Positions 50,261-55,049 of a stretch of 55,049 bases of DNA are shown here, piece after piece. The stretch is from the NCBI GenBank assembly GCA_000990005.1, contig LBPF01000006.1, positions 99,615-154,663 of the forward strand, in the 5' to 3' direction. The notes below the pieces were generated by a model. It did not search any database. It was not told the DNA's origin and worked only from the letters and a program-made list of their open reading frames with translations. A program made the translations under genes and the position numbers. Source of the stretch: Candidatus Woesebacteria bacterium GW2011_GWB1_33_38. Lineage in GTDB: Bacteria; Patescibacteriota; Microgenomatia; UBA8517. The first letter of the stretch is position 1; each line of letters begins with the position of its first letter.

Positions 50261-50339
50261 TTTACCTGTTAATCGAAAGGTTTATTCGGCTAAATTGTAA
50301 GCCGAAGGCAGGTAAAAACCTCTTATCAAAGAGGTTTTT
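50261..50339 (+). ncRNA. putative ~80-nt structured small RNA convergent on RNase-like gene B
   Basis: P1 UUUACCUGUU/GGCAGGUAAA, P2 AAUC-GAAA-GGUU, P3 UUCGGCU/AGCCGAA, terminator AAAAACCUCUU/AAGAGGUUUUU; G-U pairs favour plus strand. Confidence 0.72.
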
Positions 50340-50751
50340 AAGTTTTAGATAGTTTTTTTCGTGAATTAACTATCCCAAACCTATTTTTTCTCCATGAAGG
50401 AATTACGCTCCAAAAATGTTTATTTCCATTTCCTATTTGTCTAACTATTACTTTTATTTTTTTACCTTTGACAACACCTTCAAAGGCCCAAAATTTATAT
50501 TTAACTTTGTCTTGGATATAAAAATCTTCCTCTTGAGCTATTGGCATTAGTTTTAATAAGGTGATGGCTCTGGGGAGTAATTTTATACGTGTTTGAACTT
50601 CTTTTAAGTTTCTACCGCTTCGAGAACCCTTATAAAACAAGTGGTTGATACCTTTAGAATTTAGAAATATTTTTTCCTTACGAAATGTAGGTGAATATAC
50701 GTACTTATTTTTTTTGAAAAAATCTTTAGCAGCCCCTTTTAATAAATGCAT
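50338..50751 (-). CDS. basic BECR-fold RNase-like protein, paralog B
   Basis: LNSKGINHL, RIKLL, VIVRQIGNGNKHFWS; aligns by eye to 31061-31480. Confidence 0.6.
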   Translation of the reverse strand: MHLLKGAAKDFFKKNKYVYSPTFRKEKIFLNSKGINHLFYKGSRSGRNLKEVQTRIKLLPRAITLLKLMPIAQEEDFYIQDKVKYKFWAFEGVVKGKKIKVIVRQIGNGNKHFWSVIPSWRKNRFGIVNSRKKLSKT

Positions 50752-50773
50752 AATTTATTGTACAATTATTTTA

Positions 50774-51397
50774 ATGAAAAAACTAAACATCCCTTTCATC
50801 AAAAATCGGGGATCTGAATGTGGGCAGGCGTGTGTTGCAATGATGATTAAATATTTTAAACCTAATTTTGAACCTGATTTCGATGAGTTTAATAAAATAA
50901 TTCATCATAAAAATGGAATGGCAACTTTTCCTCCACAGAATGCGATTCTTCTTGACCATTATGGGATAAAGACAATGTCGTATTCTTCAGATAGTATTAT
51001 GACTTCTTCTGAAGATTTTGATCAATTTAGAAGATGGTTTGGTAAAGATTTTGATTATGAGATGAAATCTGTTGATTTACCAAGTTTTGACTGGATGGTT
51101 AAAGAATTTAGATCTAAAAAATTGTTTATACAAAAAGAAACTACGTTTGAAGAATTAATTGATTTATTTGAACAAGGCTTTTTAGTTTGCATTCCTATTA
51201 ATTGGAATATTTTAAATGATAAATCTGGATCATATGATGGACATTTTGTAATATTAACAGAAGTTAATAATAATAAAATTTTGATTCATGACCCAAATAC
51301 TGGTCCTTTTGTCGAATATGATTCCGATTTACTTAAAAAATCTTGGGAATTACCTCCAGTTGCTGATGACTTTTTTGTTGCTTTTGGTTTAAAATAA
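50774..51397 (+). CDS. C39-like papain-fold peptidase
   Basis: LNIPF...ECGQACVAM, GHFVIL, HDP. Confidence 0.85.
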   Translation: MKKLNIPFIKNRGSECGQACVAMMIKYFKPNFEPDFDEFNKIIHHKNGMATFPPQNAILLDHYGIKTMSYSSDSIMTSSEDFDQFRRWFGKDFDYEMKSVDLPSFDWMVKEFRSKKLFIQKETTFEELIDLFEQGFLVCIPINWNILNDKSGSYDGHFVILTEVNNNKILIHDPNTGPFVEYDSDLLKKSWELPPVADDFFVAFGLK

Positions 51398-51401
51398 ATC
51401 T

Positions 51402-51887
51402 ATGCAGACACTTATACTTCCTGGATATCATCCCACGAATAAAACTTGGGTTGATGAGACGGCTAATAATTTAAAATTTGATGGAATTATTAGACCTTTT
51501 TATTGGATGCATTGGACTGATGAAACAAAGAAGTTTAATGCAACAGAGAAAGTTATACTAATTGCAAAACACGTAAAGGATGAAAAATTAAATATTATTG
51601 CCAAATCAATTGGGACGTTAGTTTGTGCAATGACCACTAATTTAATTCCAGACCAAATAAATAAAATTATCTTTTGTGGTATTCCAGTTAACGATATAAG
51701 GGAAGATGAAATAAATATTATCAAAAAATGTATTTTAGATTTTGGTGAGAAAGTTTTAGTGATTCAAAATATGGATGATCCCCATGGCTCATTTGAACAA
51801 GTAAAAAGTTTTGGTAATGTAAAAATGAAAGTAGCCTCAAATCATGATTATCCTTATTTTGAAGAGTTTAATGAATTTTTGATATAA
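51402..51887 (+). CDS. small alpha/beta hydrolase
   Basis: ILPG, IIAKSIG nucleophile elbow, DPHG, HDY. Confidence 0.75.
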   Translation: MQTLILPGYHPTNKTWVDETANNLKFDGIIRPFYWMHWTDETKKFNATEKVILIAKHVKDEKLNIIAKSIGTLVCAMTTNLIPDQINKIIFCGIPVNDIREDEINIIKKCILDFGEKVLVIQNMDDPHGSFEQVKSFGNVKMKVASNHDYPYFEEFNEFLI

Positions 51888-51896
51888 AAAGACATA

Positions 51897-51925
51897 TTGA
51901 CTTCGGTTAGGCTTCGGCATATATT
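51897..51925 (+). promoter_or_regulatory. dinB promoter with TTCGG-N6-TTCGG direct-repeat operator (putative LexA box)
   Basis: TTGACT-17-TATATT with the repeat at 51902-51917 filling the spacer. Confidence 0.65.
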
Positions 51926-51936
51926 TTATTCAGAAC

Positions 51937-53166
51937 ATGGAATTTAATGGAAATTTACCAAACATAATTTATTTAGACATCAATTCTTGCTTTGCAACAA
52001 TTGAACAACAGGCAAATCCCCATTTAAGGGATAAACCTGTAGTGGTTGCAGCTTATACTACAAATTCTGGTTGTATTTTAGCTGCATCTGTAACTGCTAA
52101 AAAGTTAGGTATTAAAACTGGTATGAGAGTAATGGATGCTAAAAAGATTTACCCCAAAGTAATAGTTTTACTACCTGACCCAGCAAAATACAGGTTTGTT
52201 CATAAAGCGATCCTACGGATCGTAAAAAGATATTCAAGTGATGTTAGTCCTAAGTCAATTGATGAGTTTGTTTTTAAACTTCCCTTAGGGGTAGATCCTA
52301 TTAACGTCTCTAAAGAGATAAAAGAAAAAATTAAACAAGAAGTTGGTGAATATATTACAGTGTCTATTGGAATTTCTACTAATAAATACTTAGCAAAAGT
52401 AGCTAGTAATTTAGTCAAACCTAATGGATTATCAGAGATTAATACAAATAATTTTCTAGATATTTTTTCCAGACTTAAGTTGACCAATTTGACTGGAATC
52501 AAAAAGGGGAATTCGGTAAGACTTAAAATATTTGGTATAAATACAGTTTTACAATTTTACAACTCTCCTATTTGGAAATTAAAACTTGTCTTTGGAGCCT
52601 TGCCTGCCGGCAGGCAGGGTATTGGAGGATTTTATTGGTATCAGAGGTTGCATGGATATGAAGTTGACCTGCCTGCCGGCAGGCAGGCAGCTTTAAATCA
52701 AAAAATGATTGGAAATTCATATGCTCCTCCACCAAACATGGCAAATGAGGCTCCATCTATTATTTCAAAACTATGTGAAAAAACCGGCTTTAGGTTAAGA
52801 AACCACAACTTAAAAGCTTCTGGGGTTCATCTTTCTCTTCAGGACAGGGATGGAAACTTTTGGCATATGGGGAGAAAACTGAAAAAGGATATATTTTCAA
52901 ATTGTGATATCCAAAAAGAAATTAATAATCTTTTTAAAATAAGTCCTATCAAGGAAAATTTTAGAAATATTTCCATTTCAACTTTTGGCTTTAATAAACT
53001 TAACAATTTGCAACTAGAGATCTTTGAGGATAGTCAAAAAAGAAAAAATTTAATTACAGCAATTGATGACATAAATAAAAAATGGGGACTCTATACAATT
53101 CATTCAGGGTCTACTAATATGGATTCTAAAGTTGTTCAAGACCGGATATCATTTGGCCAGATCTAA
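51937..53166 (+). CDS. dinB: Y-family DNA polymerase IV
   Basis: YLDINSCFATIEQ, SIDE, SIGIS.NKYLAKVAS. Confidence 0.93.
   Translation: MEFNGNLPNIIYLDINSCFATIEQQANPHLRDKPVVVAAYTTNSGCILAASVTAKKLGIKTGMRVMDAKKIYPKVIVLLPDPAKYRFVHKAILRIVKRYSSDVSPKSIDEFVFKLPLGVDPINVSKEIKEKIKQEVGEYITVSIGISTNKYLAKVASNLVKPNGLSEINTNNFLDIFSRLKLTNLTGIKKGNSVRLKIFGINTVLQFYNSPIWKLKLVFGALPAGRQGIGGFYWYQRLHGYEVDLPAGRQAALNQKMIGNSYAPPPNMANEAPSIISKLCEKTGFRLRNHNLKASGVHLSLQDRDGNFWHMGRKLKKDIFSNCDIQKEINNLFKISPIKENFRNISISTFGFNKLNNLQLEIFEDSQKRKNLITAIDDINKKWGLYTIHSGSTNMDSKVVQDRISFGQI
52599..52687. repeat. two GC-rich palindromes (C)CTGCCTGCCGGCAGGCAGG in-frame in dinB
   Basis: 52601-52616 and 52668-52687; both encode LPAGRQ. Confidence 0.9.
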
Positions 53167-53623
53167 TATTGTTTTTGTCTGAAAAACCAGCGTTAACTTC
53201 TAATACATAATCAATTGTAGAAGGTGAAACATATTTTTCAAGCTCAGAATCAGATTTTCCAATTTCAGGTTGTACATTTTTTTCAATTCCAACAATTTTA
53301 TTATAATTGATCCAAATAATGTCCAATGCTATTTTAGTGTCTTTCATCCAGAATATTGGTTTAGAATCTTTGCTAAAGACAAAAACCATCCCACTATTTT
53401 CATCTAATCTATCTCTACCTGAAAGTCCTTTTGCTCTTTCATCTGCAGATTTAGCTACTTCAACATCAATTTCAAGGTTCTCTATCTTAACAGTTTTTAA
53501 ACTAACTTTAGGCGTAGGACTGGGAAGATTAAAAAAATAATTAAGTTTTCCTTGACCAAGTAAGCCAACCAAAGTAATAAAAGTTGCAACGACAATTAAA
53601 GGAAGAAAAATTTGCTTAAACAT
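53126..53623 (-). CDS. DUF192 family protein
   Basis: GLSGR...GMVFVF...FWMKDT...LDIIWI...VLEVNAG. Confidence 0.88.
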   Translation of the reverse strand: MFKQIFLPLIVVATFITLVGLLGQGKLNYFFNLPSPTPKVSLKTVKIENLEIDVEVAKSADERAKGLSGRDRLDENSGMVFVFSKDSKPIFWMKDTKIALDIIWINYNKIVGIEKNVQPEIGKSDSELEKYVSPSTIDYVLEVNAGFSDKNNIRSGQMISGLEQL

Positions 53624-53626
53624 TTA

Positions 53627-53863
53627 TTATTCGAGTTCCGCTTCAATATCGACAAGTTCCATATCGAGGTTATCAAGATTAGTTGTATCTAAATCATCTT
53701 CGATTTCCACAACTTCATCTGACTTCGATGTTTCTTCAACCTTAGTAATTTCTTTTTCAAATTTTGCTGGTGAAACTAATGTATTAGTTGAAAAAAGATA
53801 GGCAACACCAGCCAAAACTAAAACTAAAATGGCAAGTAGTGCAATCACAATCTTATTCTTCAT
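53627..53863 (-). CDS. small membrane-anchored acidic protein
   Basis: N-terminal TM, acidic tail. Confidence 0.65.
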   Translation of the reverse strand: MKNKIVIALLAILVLVLAGVAYLFSTNTLVSPAKFEKEITKVEETSKSDEVVEIEDDLDTTNLDNLDMELVDIEAELE

Positions 53864-54404
53864 TGTCTGTGTCTCCTACTCTAAGTCCTTTTATATCTCC
53901 AATTGTTTGGACTAAAAGTTTGTGTGTATCTTTTATAAATGTAATTACTGTTTTTAAAGATTCTCTTACATTCTTAAATGAAGTTTTGGGATCATCTGAT
54001 TCAAGCATAGTTTCTAGATTTGTCTTTAGATTTGCAAGTTCGGTTTTGGCTTTAACAATTGTTGCCTTTGCTTCAGAAACAGTTTTTTCTACTTCAGTTG
54101 TATTAATCTCTTCATTTTTATCTTTAATTATCTTAATTCTTGCTTCAATTCTGGTAATTAGTTTTTCAAGTCTTTCAATAGTTGCTTCAAGTCTAACTAT
54201 CATCTTGCCAAAATAATTTCTAATTCTTTCTCTTCTAACAGCAGTTAATCGTTGACGAATTTCTGCCTGTTTTACGGCAATTTGTTCACGTATTTCTATT
54301 CTTTTTTCTTCCCGTCTACTAAATGGAGTTGATGTTTGTGCAAACACTGAAGGGACAACTGTAAGTGAACAAAGTACAAAAAAAGTTAAAAGCTTAAGTT
54401 GCAT
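53853..54404 (-). CDS. secreted coiled-coil hypothetical protein
   Basis: signal peptide VFA-Q, heptad pattern. Confidence 0.7.
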   Translation of the reverse strand: MQLKLLTFFVLCSLTVVPSVFAQTSTPFSRREEKRIEIREQIAVKQAEIRQRLTAVRRERIRNYFGKMIVRLEATIERLEKLITRIEARIKIIKDKNEEINTTEVEKTVSEAKATIVKAKTELANLKTNLETMLESDDPKTSFKNVRESLKTVITFIKDTHKLLVQTIGDIKGLRVGDTDNEE

Positions 54405-54413
54405 GATTTAATA

Positions 54414-54530
54414 TTAGTTTAATATCTTAAAAACTGCAAGTACGGTAAAAAATACAACAATTGGAATGAATAAAAGAAAAACTCCCAATGTTCCCCTATC
54501 ACTTTTCTTGAAGGTATGAATAACATCCAT
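54414..54530 (-). CDS. 38-aa membrane peptide (not in ORF track)
   Basis: MDVIHTFKKSDRGTLGVFLLFIPIVVFFTVLAVFKILN. Confidence 0.5.
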   Translation of the reverse strand: MDVIHTFKKSDRGTLGVFLLFIPIVVFFTVLAVFKILN

Positions 54531-54622
54531 ATATTATATTAATCATAACATATATTTATTAAGGACTATCTATCTCAATTGTCGTATTTTGATTATTTTT
54601 GATCATTATAATATAATCCCCC

Positions 54623-54901
54623 ATGTCAGATCCTGAGCATAATTATCAAACAGAATATTTTCAACGAGAAGAAAAGGAACTTTTACCATTTCTGAGAGAC
54701 AGAGGCCTTACAAAAGGTATTTCAGATCCTTCGCAGGCTGAATCATACAGCAAGAATTTCAATAATGCTTTAAATGAATACTCTGTATGGGTTAATGCTA
54801 GGGGTAGGAAACAGACCATTTTTCAAGCACTCCACAACCTATTAACACTTAAAATTAGGCGAGACGCTCATGAGAAAGGCTACAATTCTACTTTGAGATG
54901 A
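54623..54901 (+). CDS. hypothetical protein
   Basis: 92-aa ATG ORF preceded by TATAAT. Confidence 0.55.
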   Translation: MSDPEHNYQTEYFQREEKELLPFLRDRGLTKGISDPSQAESYSKNFNNALNEYSVWVNARGRKQTIFQALHNLLTLKIRRDAHEKGYNSTLR

Positions 54902-55049
54902 TTGTGCACACGAAACATACCGAAAAGTTCGAACTCATTTCAATAACATCTCGGAAAGCTCCGGCTCGGCCTGATGGCCTCGCCTCCGCTTATTTTTTCT
55001 AACTACGCGATTTTTGCTCGGGCTTCCAGCCCGACCAGAGACACTTAAA

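Overview
AT-rich bacterial chromosomal segment whose gene content and compactness fit a Patescibacteria/CPR organism (Microgenomates-like; inference). Backbone: gyrB, a complete type IV pilus locus (pilB-pilT-pilC, major pilin, pilD, 8 more prepilins; pilX/M/N/O further on), khpA-rpsP-rnc-nusB-rpmF-recG-tyrS, PBP1A, the thrS-infC-rpmI-rplT-(pheM)-pheS-pheT operon, typA, tig, tRNA-Ala/tRNA-Val and dinB. Most notable non-routine signals: (1) two homologous stand-alone BECR-fold RNase-like genes, each facing a convergent small RNA with its own sigma70 promoter, terminator and the same three-way-junction fold (candidate RNA-antitoxin system); (2) a 4.5 kb adenylation-domain + sulfotransferase-like + amidinotransferase + C39 cassette bounded by an exact 100-bp direct repeat; (3) a minimal serine-recombinase element at tRNA-Ala whose recombinase gene is split by integration and that carries a structured non-coding region with a 40-nt inverted copy of the recombinase 3' end; (4) an AlaX editing domain fused to PheS in an operon whose ThrRS lacks its editing domain, preceded by a Phe-rich leader-peptide attenuator; (5) short palindromes (RAYT-linked REP and a GC-rich LPAGRQ palindrome) and heptamer tracts sitting in-frame inside housekeeping genes. 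Three genes show clean internal deletions that could be assembly artefacts. All calls are by eye; no database search was run.
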